From an uncultured Gemmatimonadales bacterium (lineage in GTDB: Bacteria; Gemmatimonadota; Gemmatimonadetes; Gemmatimonadales; GWC2-71-9): DNA of 64,000 nucleotides. Shown here in pieces: positions 53,478 through 64,000 of the stretch (its first letter is position 1; each line of letters starts with the position of its first letter). The position numbers and the translations under genes are program-made. The stretch covers positions 1,046,096-1,110,095 of the forward strand of contig CAWGED010000019.1 of assembly GCA_963821525.1 (NCBI GenBank). Reading direction: 5' to 3'. The notes below the pieces were generated by a model that worked only from the letters and a program-made list of their open reading frames with translations, was not told the origin of the DNA and did no database searches.

Positions 53478-54508
53478 CCCATCACCTCGATAACGATTTT
53501 GCCCAGTTGTTCGGCGCGCTCCAGCCGTTCAAAGGCGCGCCGGGCTTCCGCCAGTGGAACCACGGTATCCACCTCAGGCCACAAGCGGCCCCGCGCGGCC
53601 TGTTCGGCTACTGCGCGGTACGCCTCGTGGCTCCCCATTGTCGAACCCAGAATGCTCCACTGATACCAGAACAGCTTCCGCACGTCGGTCACGGACATCG
53701 GACCGGGGGTGGCGCCGCAGGTGACGAGGCGTCCCTTTCGGGCCAGGCAGCGCAGCGACTTTTCCCAGGTCTGCTCCCCGACATTGTCCACCACCACTCG
53801 ACACCCCGCTTCGAGGTCAGGGACCTGATCTCTTTCGGCACATCCGTCTTCGCGTGGTTCAGGACGACGTCCGCGCCGAGCTCCCTAGCGCGCTCGAGCT
53901 TCGCGTCCGAAGAACTGGTGGCGACGACCGAAGCGCCGAGGAGCTTGGCGATCTTCAGCGCGGCGAGTGCGACGCCGCCGCCGATTCCCCAGATCAACAC
54001 CGTCTCCCCGGGCTGGAGTGCCGCCCGGTGGACAAGCATGCGCCACGCGGTGAGCGTCACCAGTGAGAAGCGGCAGCCTGGGTTATCGGCATCTCGGCAG
54101 GAACCGGCGCCAGATTGCGCTCCGGCACCACCACGAACTCGGCTAACGTGCCGTGGCGGTGTTCTCCCAGCACACTGTAGGTCAGGCAGAGCGGCTGTTC
54201 CCCCGCTTCACACCACTCACAGCGGCCACAGGAGATACCCGAGTTGATCATGACCCGGTCTCCGTGACGGAACCTAGTCGCCGCGGGACCGGTGGCCGCT
54301 ACGGTGCCTGCGCCATCGGTTCCCATGATGTGCGGGAAGCTGTATTTGACGCCCGGCAAACCAGCGACGACAAAGAGGTCCAGGCGATTGAGCGCGGCCG
54401 CCTGAATCCGTACTCGCACGTCGTCCGGGGCGACCAAATCAGGATCGGGGACGTTCTGCAGGAGAAGATGTCGAGCCCGCCGGCTGCGGTCAGGGTCAGC
54501 GCTTTCAA
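53474..54508 (-). CDS. Zinc-binding alcohol dehydrogenase/quinone oxidoreductase; frameshifted
   Basis: 'ALNRLD', 'G.DGAG', 'CGRCEWC..G..LC', 'TAWRML', 'GGGVA', 'LVTCGAT', 'LGSTMG'. Confidence 0.85.
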
Positions 54509-55140
54509 AGGACGGACTCGCCACTCTCTCTCCGGGAGAAGCTGCACCGGCGAATCGGGACCAGTGGGCAGCGTACGCCGGATAGCAACGTCTCGGTTCG
54601 ATTCTTGTCCAGGGTGCGGCTGGTGGCCCACGCAATCCGAGAACCATCGGGCGAAATGGCAATGGCGGTGATCGGCGCGTCGCTGGAAACGAGCGGTGCG
54701 GCCGAGGAGCGCCGGAGCACCTCGTCATCTCCTTCTTGTCCTTCCGGTCCACGACGTAGACCAGTTCGCCCGTGGGCAGATAAGCCGGGGTGTGCTCCTG
54801 GCGATCCTTGGCGCCCATGGCCACAACCGGTGCGGCGGTGCCCGCCAGAGAAAGGTGTAGATGTCGCTTTGAAAATTCTTGGCGACGGGGAAGCCGGTGA
54901 AGGCCAGAGTGTTTCCGTTGGGGTAACGACCGGATCCTGGGCGCCTCCCGGAAGGCCAGCCAGCTCACGCAGCCCGGTGCCATTCACCCTGCATCATCAT
55001 GATGCGCTTAACACCGGCGCGAGTTCCGGTGAACACGATGGCCTGTCCGTCCGGGTCCAGACCGGCTGGAGGTCGGGACGGGACCGTTGGTTAGCCGTGT
55101 CGGGTTCTGACCATCGGCATCGCGACATAGATGTCGTAGG
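54505..55140 (-). other. Fragmentary 3' part of a TolB/PD40-repeat gene, error-rich
   Basis: Pieces across frames: 'YDIYVA', 'DGQNPTRLT', 'LQPVW', 'MNGTGLRELA', 'ISPDGSRIAW'. Confidence 0.55.
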
Positions 55141-55780
55141 GCGAGAGATTCTGGGCCCGCATGTTGGCGAAGGTGTAGTCGCCGGTATTGGCCTGCAGCA
55201 CGCCAAAGCACAGCAGGATCGAGATCGCGCCGATGTGCGCCATCGTCAGGTAGAGATAGCCGGCACGGCGAACTTCGGCGACGCGGTGATTTGCCGTCAC
55301 CAGGAAGTACGAGGACAGGGCCATCGTTTCCCACATCACCATGAAGGCATAGGCATCATCGGCCAGCACCACCAGCACCATGCTGGCCAGGAACAGGTGG
55401 TACTCGAGACACAGCAACCCCGGAGGCGTGCCTTCCGCCCTTCGGAAATAGCCCGCGGCGAAAGTCGAAATACCGGCCGACACCGCTCCGATCACCATCA
55501 GGAAGAATGCCGAGAGGCTGTCCAGCCGCAGGTGGAACGGCAAGTTCGGCAAGCCGACTCGCAGCACGGCCACTTCGGCTCCGCCGAACACGGCCGCCAG
55601 CGAGAGCCCGAACAGCATCAGGCCGAGAGCGCCGCCGGCTGGAAACAGGACGCGCGAGACAAACGTGAAGCGGCGCAAAGCAAGCACGCCCGCCACGCCG
55701 ATCAGCAGCCATCCCCCGACCACCCCCACCAGCATCCAGTCCAATCGCAGCCAGTGAGCCACATCCACCGCTTCCGTCAT
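55141..55780 (-). pseudogene. hyfB: N-terminal third of hydrogenase-4 subunit B, truncated at a junction
   Basis: 'GLPNLPFHLRLDSLSAFFL', 'ADDAYAFMVMWETMALSS', 'RRAGYLYL..AH', 'GDYTFANMRAQ'; homology stops abruptly. Confidence 0.8.
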
Positions 55781-56081
55781 CCTCCGTACCCCGGCAACCA
55801 CCCTGCATCGAGAGCAAATCGCGCCGCTCTTGTCCGATCGATCGGTCTTGTGAAACGCGCGGCGGCTGCATTCATCCAGGTCGTATGCTAATACCAATCG
55901 CGAATGGCCCGACGCGCCAGGCGCGGACGCGTCGGCGTCAGCCGCGGTTTTCCGGTGCTTCCGGGTCGGGAGCCGAACTGGTGCGAGGCACCCTGTCGTC
56001 AGGGCTGAACGACACCGTGAACACCATGCTCAAACGGGCGTTCATCGCGAGGGGACGTAAAATCGCGGAAAAGGCGAGTCT

Positions 56082-56300
56082 ATGTCCATCCTGATCAAGA
56101 TATTCCGGCGGCCCGACTACAACTCGGACGCAACTCAACTCATCGAACAACTGAAGGCGGCCAAGCCCGACCTGGACGCGCGGCAGCGGGCGGGCATGGC
56201 GATCTTCTGGGACAAGCACGTGGATCGCGAAGCGCAAAGCGAGTGGCGCGAAGCGCAGGTGCCGCAAAAAGCCTACGTGTACCAGACCGAAGCGAAATGA
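56082..56300 (+). CDS. DUF3460 family protein
   Basis: 'Y.SDATQ.IEQLK...P.L...Q..G....WDK', 'VPQKAYVYQ'; upstream of scpA. Confidence 0.85.
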   Translation: MSILIKIFRRPDYNSDATQLIEQLKAAKPDLDARQRAGMAIFWDKHVDREAQSEWREAQVPQKAYVYQTEAK

Positions 56301-57154
56301 CGCACGCCGGCGAAGCGACGCTGCCGGAATCCCCGGCAAGCGAGCTGTTGGCCGGCATGCCCGATGTGGTGGACCAGGTGGCGCTGGCGCGGCTGTACGG
56401 CGAACCGCTGTTCGCCATGCCGACAGACCTGTACATTCCGCCGGACGCCCTGGAAGTGTTCCTCGAGGCCTTCGAGGGGCCGCTGGACCTGCTGCTGTAC
56501 CTGATCCGCAAGCAGAATTTCAACATCCTCGACATCCCCATGGCCGGTGTCACTCGCCAGTACCTGGTGTACGTGGACGAAATCCGCGGCCGCAACCTCG
56601 AACTCGCGGCGGAATACCTGCTGATGGCGGCGATGCTGATCGAGATCAAGTCGCGCATGCTGCTGCCGCCGCGCAAGACCGCGGAGGGCCAGGAACCGGA
56701 GGACCCGCGCGCGGAACTGGTGCGGCGCCTGATCGAATACGAGCAGATGAAGGCCGCGGCATTCCGTTTGAACGAAGTGCCGCAGCTGGGCCGCGACATG
56801 TTTCGCGCCGAGGTCTACATCGAGCAATCGCTGCAACCGCGCTTTCCCGACGTGAACGTGGTCGACCTGCAGGAGGCCTGGCGTGACATCGTCAGGCGCG
56901 CCAGGCTCGTGCAGCACCACAAGATCACGCGCCAGGAGCTCTCGGTCCGCGAGCACATGAGCATCGTGCTGCGAACGCTGCAAGGACGCAAATTCCTGGA
57001 ATTCGAGCAGCTGTTCGATCCGGCCCAGGGCTTGCCGGTGCTGATCGTCACCTTCATCGCGTTGCTGGAGCTGGCCAAAGAGGCTCTGATCGACGTGACC
57101 CAAGCCGAGGCGTTCGCGCCGATCTACGTGCGGCTGGCCTATCAGCCTGCCTGA
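56297..57154 (+). CDS. scpA: Segregation and condensation protein A
   Basis: 'FEGPLDLLLYLI', 'AEYLLMAAMLIEIKSRMLLP', 'VTFIALLEL'. Confidence 0.95.
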   Translation: MTHAGEATLPESPASELLAGMPDVVDQVALARLYGEPLFAMPTDLYIPPDALEVFLEAFEGPLDLLLYLIRKQNFNILDIPMAGVTRQYLVYVDEIRGRNLELAAEYLLMAAMLIEIKSRMLLPPRKTAEGQEPEDPRAELVRRLIEYEQMKAAAFRLNEVPQLGRDMFRAEVYIEQSLQPRFPDVNVVDLQEAWRDIVRRARLVQHHKITRQELSVREHMSIVLRTLQGRKFLEFEQLFDPAQGLPVLIVTFIALLELAKEALIDVTQAEAFAPIYVRLAYQPA

Positions 57155-57170
57155 ACCATTCCTCAAGATC

Positions 57171-58770
57171 ATGAACCCTGCTTCCCGGGACTTCGACGTG
57201 CTGATCGTCGGCAGCGGCCTCGCCGGCCTGTCGGCGGCCTTGCACCTGGCCCCCACCCATCGTGTGGCGGTGCTGACCAAGCGAACGATGAGCGACGGAT
57301 CCAGCGGCCTGGCGCAGGGGGGCATTGCCGCAGTGCTGCACGAGGCGGACAGCTTCGCAGCGCACGTGGACGACACGCTGGTCGCCGGCGCGGGCCTCTC
57401 GGACCTGGCGGCAACCCGCTTCGTGGTCGAACATGCGCCGGAAAGCATCGAATGGCTGCGGCAGCTGGGCGTACCGTTTTCCCAGGAGGCGGGCCACCTG
57501 CACTTGACGCGCGAAGGCGGGCACAGTGCCCGGCGCATCGCGCACGTCACGGATGCCACCGGCGCGGCCGTGCAGCAGACCCTGATCGAGCATGTGCGGC
57601 GCACGCCCAACATCACGATATTCGAGCAGCACACGCTGGTGGACCTGATCACCAGCCGCAAGCTGGGGGTCTCCACGGTCGGCGACCGCCGCCTGTTCGG
57701 CCTGTACGCGCTGGATGAAGCCACCGACCAGGTCCTGACCTTCCGCGGCCCCGCACACCATCCTCGCCACCGGCGGTGCGGGCAAGGTCTATCTCTACAC
57801 CACCAACCCGGACACCGCCACCGGCGATGGCATCGCCATGGCCTGGCGCGCTGGCTGCCGGGTCGGCGAACATGGAGTTCATCCAGTTCCACCCGACCTG
57901 CCTGTACCACCCGCAGGCGAAGTCGTTCCTGATCACCGAGGCGGTGCGCGGCGAAGGCGGCCTGCTGCATGCTGCCCGACGGCAAACGTTTCATGCCGCA
58001 GCACGATCCGCGCGCCGAACTGGCGCCGCGCGACATCGTGGCCCGCGCGATCGACTTCGAGATGAAGAAGCACGGCCTGGACTGCGTCTATCTGGACATC
58101 TCGCACAAGCCGGCCGAATTCATCCGCGAGCACTTTCCCGACCATCTACGCGCGCTGCCTGGAGCTCGGCATCGACATCACCCGCCAGCCGATCCCGGTG
58201 GTGCCGGCCGCGCATTACACCTGCGGCGGCGTGCGTCGTCGACCTCGCGGGCCGCACGGACCTGCCGGCCTGTACGCCGATCGGCGAAACCACCTACACC
58301 GGCCTGCACGGCGCCAACCGCCTGGCCAGCAATTCGCTGCTCGAATGCATGGTGTTCGCGCGCTCGGCGGCGCAGCGACATCCTCGCCAGCGCCGCTGCC
58401 CACGCCGCCGCGCTGCCCGCCTGGGACGAGAGCCGGGTCACCGATGCCGACGAGGAGGTCGTGATCTCGCACAACTGGGACGAGCTGCGGCGCTTCATGT
58501 GGGACTACGTCGGTATCGTGCGCACCAACAAACGGCTGGAGCGCGCACCGCACCGCATCACGCCTGCTGCAGGAAGAAATCCACGAGTACTACGCCAACT
58601 TCCGCGTCACGCGCGATCTGATGGAGTTGCGCAACCTGGTCGAGGTGCGCCGACCTGATCGTGCAAATCGGCGCTGGCCCGCCACGAAAGCCGCGGCCTG
58701 CATTACAGCCTCGACTATCCACAAATGCTTCCCGTGGCGTTGCCCACGATCCTGACCCAGGAGCAGGTAA
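57171..58770 (+). CDS. nadB: L-aspartate oxidase; multiple frameshifts
   Basis: 'GSGLAGL', 'AQGGIAA', 'REGGHS.RRI.H..DATG', 'MEFIQFHPT', '[11 protein letters not shown]', '[16 protein letters not shown]'. Confidence 0.92.
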
Positions 58771-58805
58771 TTTCCCGCGCCTGAAGCGCGCCCAGGGGCG
58801 CCGGC

Positions 58806-59927
58806 TCAGGCGGCGCCGATGTTGGCGCCCAGCAACCCGCGGGCTGGCCCGACTTCAGCGCGGCGGTGAAAGCCAGCATCCGGTCGATCGGCACGCGCGC
58901 GCGCTGGCCCAGCGCCGGATCGACGTGGATCTCGTTGGCGCCCGTTTCCAGCACATGAGCCGGTTCTGCGAGGCCGTTCATCGCCATCCACGGGCAGTGC
59001 GCGCAGCTCTGGCAGGTGGCGCCCTTGCCGGCGGTCGGCGCCTCGATGAACTTCACGCCGGGCATGAGCTTGCGCATCTGGTGCATCATGCCGCCGTCGG
59101 TGGCGACGATGTATTCCTTCGCGCCCAGGCGCTCGGCGGCCTGGATGATGCCCGTGGTCGAGCCCACGGCGTCCGCCATGGCGATCACGCCCGCGGGCGA
59201 CTCGGGGTGCACCAGCACCTTGGCGTTCGGGTGCTTGATCTTCAGTTCCTCGAGCTCGCTGCGCCTTGAACTCGTCGTGCACGACGCACGCACGCGTTCC
59301 ACATGAGCATGTCGGCGCCGGTCACGCGCTGCACGTAGTCGCCCAGGTGCTTGTCGGGCGCCCAGAGGATCTTCTTCCCCTGGTCGGTGCAGGGCCCGAC
59401 GATCTTCTCGCGCGATCGAGGAGGTGACCATCCAGTCGGCGCGCGCCTTCACCGCGGCGCTGGTATTGGCGTAGACCACGACCACGCGGTCGGGGTGCTG
59501 CGTCGCAGAACGTCGAGAACTCGTCGATGGGGCAGTCGCGAGGTCGAGCGAGCACTCGCGTCGCAGGTCGGGCATGAGCACGCGCTTTTCCGGGCAGGAT
59601 CTTCGCGGTCTCGCCCATGAAGCGCACGCCGGACACGACCACGGTCTTCGCCGGGTGCTCGTGCCCGAAGCGCGCCATCTCGAGCGAGTCGCGCACGATG
59701 CCGCCGGTGTCCTGGGCGAGGTCCTGCAGGTCGGGATGGACGTAGTAGTGCGCGACCAGGACGGCGTCGCGCTCCTTGAGGAGCCGGCGAACCTTGGCCT
59801 TGAGCGCGGCGCGTTCTGCAGCGGAAGGCTCGACGGGCACGCGAGCCCAGGCGTGCTTGGTGTCGCAAGCATTGCCCGGCAGCGGGTGCTCGTACTCGAC
59901 GTCGTAGATGGGAATGACAGCGCTCAT
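58806..59927 (-). CDS. nadA: Quinolinate synthase; multiple frameshifts
   Basis: 'VAHYY', 'DSLEMA', '[10 protein letters not shown]', '[10 protein letters not shown]', 'VHPES', 'CPWMAMN'. Confidence 0.92.
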
Positions 59928-59929
59928 CG

Positions 59930-60794
59930 CTAAAGTTCCTTCAGGCGCATCGAAAAGTCCGTTGCCTTCACGTCTTTCGTCAGGGCTCCGATAGAGATGC
60001 GGTCCACCCCGGTTTCTGCAAGGGCGCGCACGCGTCTCCAGGGTGACGCCGCCGGAAATCTCCAGGATTGCGCGGGAATCGTTGATCCGCACCGCTTCTC
60101 GCAGCGTGGCAAGGTCCATGTTGTCGAGCAGGATCATCCTGGCGTCGGCCGCCAGGGCCTCCGCCAGCTGGGCCAGCGTCTCAACCTCAATCTCGACAAA
60201 GGCGGCCCGCGTGGTTGCCTGCGCCCCGGCGGCTAGCACCTGCGTGACGCCGCCGGCCGCTGCGATGTGGTTCTCCTTGATCAGGACCGCGTCGTACAAA
60301 CCGATTCGATGGTTGGTGCCGCCGCCGACTCGTACCGCATATTTCTGCGCCAACCGCAGCCCCGGCAGCGTCTTGCGGGTGTCCACGATCCTTGCGCGGT
60401 GTTCCGCGCACGGCCTCCACATAGTGGCCGTCTTCGTGGCCACGGCGCTGAGCAGTTGCAGGAAATTGAGCGCGGTGCGTTCCGCCGTCAGGAGGCCCCG
60501 GGCGGAACCCTCCGCCTCCAGTACGACTTGATCGGGCGTGCAGCGCATGCCTTCACTGACCAGCCAATGAATCCGGACGCCGGGCTCGACTTGCCGCAGT
60601 GTTGCCTCCACCCATGGCGCCCCGCAAATCACCGCAGCCTCGCGCGCCAGGACCACGGCGCGGGCGTGGCGAGACAGCTCGACCAGGGCCGCTGTCAAGT
60701 CGCCAGGACCCACGTCCTCCTCCAGTGCGCGCGCCCCGTCCTTGCGGGCCAGTTCAGCCACGGCAGCGGCCGAAAAATCGAAATTGCTCGCCAT
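59930..60794 (-). CDS. nadC: Nicotinate-nucleotide pyrophosphorylase; frameshift near 60030
   Basis: 'EDVG.GDLT', 'ERTALNFLQ', '[10 protein letters not shown]', 'LIKENHI', 'EIEVE', 'ISIGALTK'. Confidence 0.92.
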
Positions 60795-60921
60795 GAGGCA
60801 AGCATAGCGATTCCTGGATAGGGGGTCTTGTGGGCGCCGAAGACAGGTCCCCAGACCCGGACGACGCTCGCCGCAGGCGCAAACCTACGAGTACGCGTTC
60901 CTTTTTGGGGACAATCAAGCC

Positions 60922-61260
60922 ATGAACACCGGTTACGCTGAAACCGAACCATCACGGGAAGAAGTCGACGCCCTGGCCGGCCCGGCTGTCCTGGAGTTCG
61001 GTACTCCGTGGTGCGGCTATTGCCGTGCCGCCCAGCCCCTCATTGGCGGGGCCTTGGCTTCTCATCCACAAGTGCGGCACCGCAAGGTGGAGGACGGCAG
61101 CGGGCTTCCTTTGGGCCGCTCGTTCGGGGTCCGGCTCTGGCCGACACTGATTTTCCTTCGCGACGGCAAGGAGGTCACGCGGCTGGTGCGCCCCACCAGC
61201 CTCGACCAGATTCGCCATGCCTTGGAGCGGATCGACTCCCCGGACGCAGTGCCGCGGTAA
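60922..61260 (+). CDS. Thioredoxin family protein
   Basis: WCGYC, 'WPTLIF'. Confidence 0.85.
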   Translation: MNTGYAETEPSREEVDALAGPAVLEFGTPWCGYCRAAQPLIGGALASHPQVRHRKVEDGSGLPLGRSFGVRLWPTLIFLRDGKEVTRLVRPTSLDQIRHALERIDSPDAVPR

Positions 61261-61306
61261 GGGCTTCAGCCGCGTCGTTCCGAGGCCGCCATCCGTCCAG
61301 GCCAGC

Positions 61307-62308
61307 TCAGCCGGCCTCGGCCACCGGCCCACGGCCCATCAGCTCGGAGACCGCCTGGGTCGGCTGCAGCTTTCCGTCCAGCGGCGCGACAACGGCCCCG
61401 CGAGATTGGCATTTCCACGCCCAGATGCCGGGCGCGCCGCACGACAGTGCGAGCGCAATACACGCCTTCCGCCACGTGCCCGAGCGAGTCCACTGCCTGT
61501 TGCGGTGATTTTCCTTGGGCCAGCAACAGCCCCACCTTGCGATTGCGGCTGAGGTCGCCGGTGGCGGTGAGCACCAGGTCACCCAAGACCGGACAGGCCC
61601 ATGAAGGTTTCCTGCCGCGCGCCCAACGCCAGCCCGAGCCTCGTCATCTCAGCCAGCCCGCGCGTGATGAGAGCGGCGCGCGCGTTGAGTCCGAGCCCAA
61701 GGCCGTCGCACAAACCGGTGGCGATCGCCAGCACGTTCTTCACGGCGCCCCCGACTTCCACACCCGCCAGGTCGTCGTTGGCATAGACCCGCAGGTTGTC
61801 GCCATGGAAAGCCGCTACCAATGCATCCCGAACGGCGGCCTCTTCGCTGGCCGCCACCAGCGCGGTGGGTTGGCCGCGAGCGACTTCCTGCGCGAAACTA
61901 GGCCCGCTCAAGATGCCTGCCTTCAGGCGGGCGCGACCTCGGCCTTGATTTCGTGGCCGAGCAGCCCATCGCTGCCCAAAGGAGCCTCGAAGCCCTTGCA
62001 AAGCCAGGCCAGAGGCCCGGAATGCTCGCGCAGCAACGACAGCATCTGCCGCAAGCCTGCCATCGGAGTGGCCACGATCGCCAGGTCGCTGCGGGCGGCC
62101 AGGGCTGCAACCGCTGTCGCGGGATCGGCGCGCACGTCGAGTCGGCCAGGCAAGAACACTCCGGCAAATAACGCCGGTTCTCGCGTTCAACCTCCAGGGA
62201 GCGGGCCTGCGCCGGGTCGCGGGCCCAAAGAGCCACCTCGTGCCGGGCGGCTGCGGTCACAGCGAGCGCGGTGCCCCAGGCTCCGGCTCCGAATACTGCG
62301 ATTCTCAT
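61307..62308 (-). CDS. gpsA: NAD(P)H-dependent glycerol-3-phosphate dehydrogenase; frameshifted
   Basis: '[10 protein letters not shown]', 'CKG', 'LSGPSFA', '[10 protein letters not shown]', '[14 protein letters not shown]'. Confidence 0.92.
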
Positions 62309-62817
62309 GGAAAGGCCGGACTGGGCATGGCCCGGCTTCGGGCTTCGACCGTGGTGATGATCGGGGACGCCTCGGCGGCCTTGGCCTGCTCAGCCTGCTG
62401 CTGCTGCTCGTACATGGCCTGGAAGTTGATCTCCGCCAGGTGCACCGGCGGAAAGCCCGCCCGGGTGACGATGTCGGCCACGTTGCCGCGCAGATAGGGA
62501 TAAACGATCTGGGGACAGGCGATGCCCATGACCGGGCTCATCTGTTCTTGCGGCAGGTTTCGGATCTCGAAAATCCCTGCCTGTTTCACCTCAACCAGGA
62601 AAACCGTCTTTTCCTTCACCTTCGTCGTCACGGTGGCAGTGACGCACACCTCATAGATCCCGTCCGCCGCCTGGGAGCCTTCCACACCAAGCTGGATGTC
62701 CACAGTGGGCTGCTCCTGCTCCAGCAGGATGGCCGGGGAATTGGGCTGCTCGAGGGACGCCTCCTTGAGGTAGACGCGCTGGATCTGGAAAACGGGGTCT
62801 TTTTGCTGGTCGGCCAT
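62305..62817 (-). CDS. secB: Protein-export chaperone SecB
   Basis: '[17 protein letters not shown]', 'QAGIF', '[10 protein letters not shown]', 'GFPPVHL.EINF'. Confidence 0.95.
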   Translation of the reverse strand: MADQQKDPVFQIQRVYLKEASLEQPNSPAILLEQEQPTVDIQLGVEGSQAADGIYEVCVTATVTTKVKEKTVFLVEVKQAGIFEIRNLPQEQMSPVMGIACPQIVYPYLRGNVADIVTRAGFPPVHLAEINFQAMYEQQQQAEQAKAAEASPIITTVEARSRAMPSPAFP

Positions 62818-62838
62818 GGGTATCTTTCGGGTCAATAC

Positions 62839-62868
62839 AAAAGCCCGCCGGGGTTTCCTGAGCGGGCT
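62839..62868 (-). terminator. Terminator-like hairpin between grxC and secB
   Basis: Minus strand AGCCCGC..GCGGGCT followed by TTT. Confidence 0.45.
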
Positions 62869-63003
62869 GGATTGGGGTCAGGGATGGATTATCTCAGGCC
62901 GCGGAAGGGGAAATCTGATCAGTTGGGGCCAGGGCACAATTTCCTTCAGCACCACAGGCCCGCAGTCGCCAAACCGTCCTGAACCGTGATCTAACCCAAA
63001 GGC

Positions 63004-63270
63004 TCAGGCTGTGCGCTTGAGCAGAGGCATCAGCCCGCCACGGCTGTCCAGGGCCATCAGGTCGTCGCAACCGCCAACATGGGTTTCCCCGATGAAGATC
63101 TGCGGAACCGTGCGCCGGCCGGTGATTTCCATCATCATCCTGCGTTCGTGGGGCTGCATGTCCACCCGGATCTCCTCGATGATCTGAACGCCTTTGGCTT
63201 TGAGGAACTGCTTGGCGCGAATGCAAAAGGGGCAGACGGCCGTCGTGTACATCTTGACTGGATTCATCAT
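63004..63270 (-). CDS. grxC: Glutaredoxin 3
   Basis: CPFC, 'TVPQIFI', 'GGCDDL'. Confidence 0.95.
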   Translation of the reverse strand: MMNPVKMYTTAVCPFCIRAKQFLKAKGVQIIEEIRVDMQPHERRMMMEITGRRTVPQIFIGETHVGGCDDLMALDSRGGLMPLLKRTA

Positions 63271-63328
63271 TTTCTGGTGTCAAGCTCGCAAGATCATCCG
63301 GTGCCGCGGATGAGCAGTGCGACAGGGA

Positions 63329-63742
63329 CTAGCTTTTTTCAAGTGGAAGGTTAGCGTCTTTCCAGGATTTCGAGTCCGCCGGCCAGCACTTCAGCTGGGC
63401 CTTGTCGTAGCCAAGTTTCTTGGCGACCGGCAGCGCGCGTTTCGCGCGCATGCCACTGGCGCACACGAAGATCAGCGGCACGCCCTTGTTCTTCACCACC
63501 TCCGGTAGCCGCTGCTCCAGCTGGGCCAAGGGGACGTTTTTCGCGCCACCCACGTGCCCGGCGGCAAATTCCGCTGCTGCGCAGACGTCCAGCACCACCG
63601 CACGCTCGCGATTGATGAGCTGAACAGCCCCGGCTGCAGTCAAGCCGCCGCCCGATGCGCCCTGCACCGCCGGCCATAAGAGCATGACGCCAGAGGCCAG
63701 GGCCACAGAGATCAGCATCCAGTTGTCAAGTATGAATTTCAC
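63329..63742 (-). CDS. Rhodanese-like domain protein (YibN-like)
   Basis: N-terminal TM, 'AVQLINRE', 'GHVGGAKN', 'CASG.R', 'W..ANLP'; gpmA-rhodanese-grxC-secB-gpsA order. Confidence 0.85.
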   Translation of the reverse strand: MKFILDNWMLISVALASGVMLLWPAVQGASGGGLTAAGAVQLINRERAVVLDVCAAAEFAAGHVGGAKNVPLAQLEQRLPEVVKNKGVPLIFVCASGMRAKRALPVAKKLGYDKAQLKCWPADSKSWKDANLPLEKS

Positions 63743-63844
63743 GTGTTTCCTCGTAGTGCCAGGCAAGTCACTCCTGCTTCGCGGGAGTCAGCCAACCCCC
63801 GATTCTAAAATGCCGGGTTTCGCATCGCTCTTGCAAGGCCTCCC

Positions 63845-64000
63845 ATGTACAAACTCGTGCTGATTCGCCATGGCGAATCAACCTGGAACCTCGAAAACCG
63901 CTTCACCGGCTGGACCGACGTGGATCTCACGCCGACCGGGATCGAGCAGGCGAAGGAGTTGGGCCGCCTGCTCAGGGCGGAAGGCTGGGAATTCGACCTT
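63845..64000 (+). CDS. gpmA: 2,3-BPG-dependent phosphoglycerate mutase, 3' end outside window
   Basis: [29 protein letters not shown]. Confidence 0.95.
   Translation, partial: MYKLVLIRHGESTWNLENRFTGWTDVDLTPTGIEQAKELGRLLRAEGWEFDL

Noticed and set aside
55091..55897. Novel HyfB-TolB fusion protein
   Set aside because: Best explained as a chimeric junction; both halves are truncated
59322..60794. 490-aa ORF suggesting a NadC-NadA fusion
   Set aside because: Caused by an indel near 60030; the NadC C-terminus (ISIGALTK...LKEL*) ends at 59930 in another frame and nadA has its own ATG

Overview
High-GC bacterial sequence that looks like an error-prone long-read (meta)genome assembly: many single-base indels break conserved genes (gyrA, nadA/B/C, gpsA). 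It appears chimeric. Positions 1-~55140 have gene content resembling Gemmatimonadota (an inference from gene types): FadL + SGNH lipase, cardiolipin synthase, three ECF sigma loci, a MacAB-TolC-type exporter, leuS, gyrA, HEAT-repeat and beta-propeller proteins. From ~55140 the content is Burkholderiales-like (truncated hyfB, DUF3460, scpA, nadB/A/C, gpsA, secB, grxC, rhodanese, gpmA). Most notable: (1) a complete Phe-codon leader-peptide attenuator, probably leaderless, upstream of an apparent prephenate dehydratase-DAHP synthase fusion; (2) a ~0.5 kb DUF559 nuclease cassette bounded by 46-bp hairpin-containing inverted repeats with TA at both ends; (3) two nearby enzyme homologues that have lost catalytic residues (Tat-exported glycosylasparaginase, class V aminotransferase), next to an MCP and a POTRA-less Omp85 barrel; (4) several families of short 7-9 bp intergenic repeats, some inside coding sequence. 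I saw no rRNA, tRNA or CRISPR array. Family assignments come from motif recognition, not database searches.
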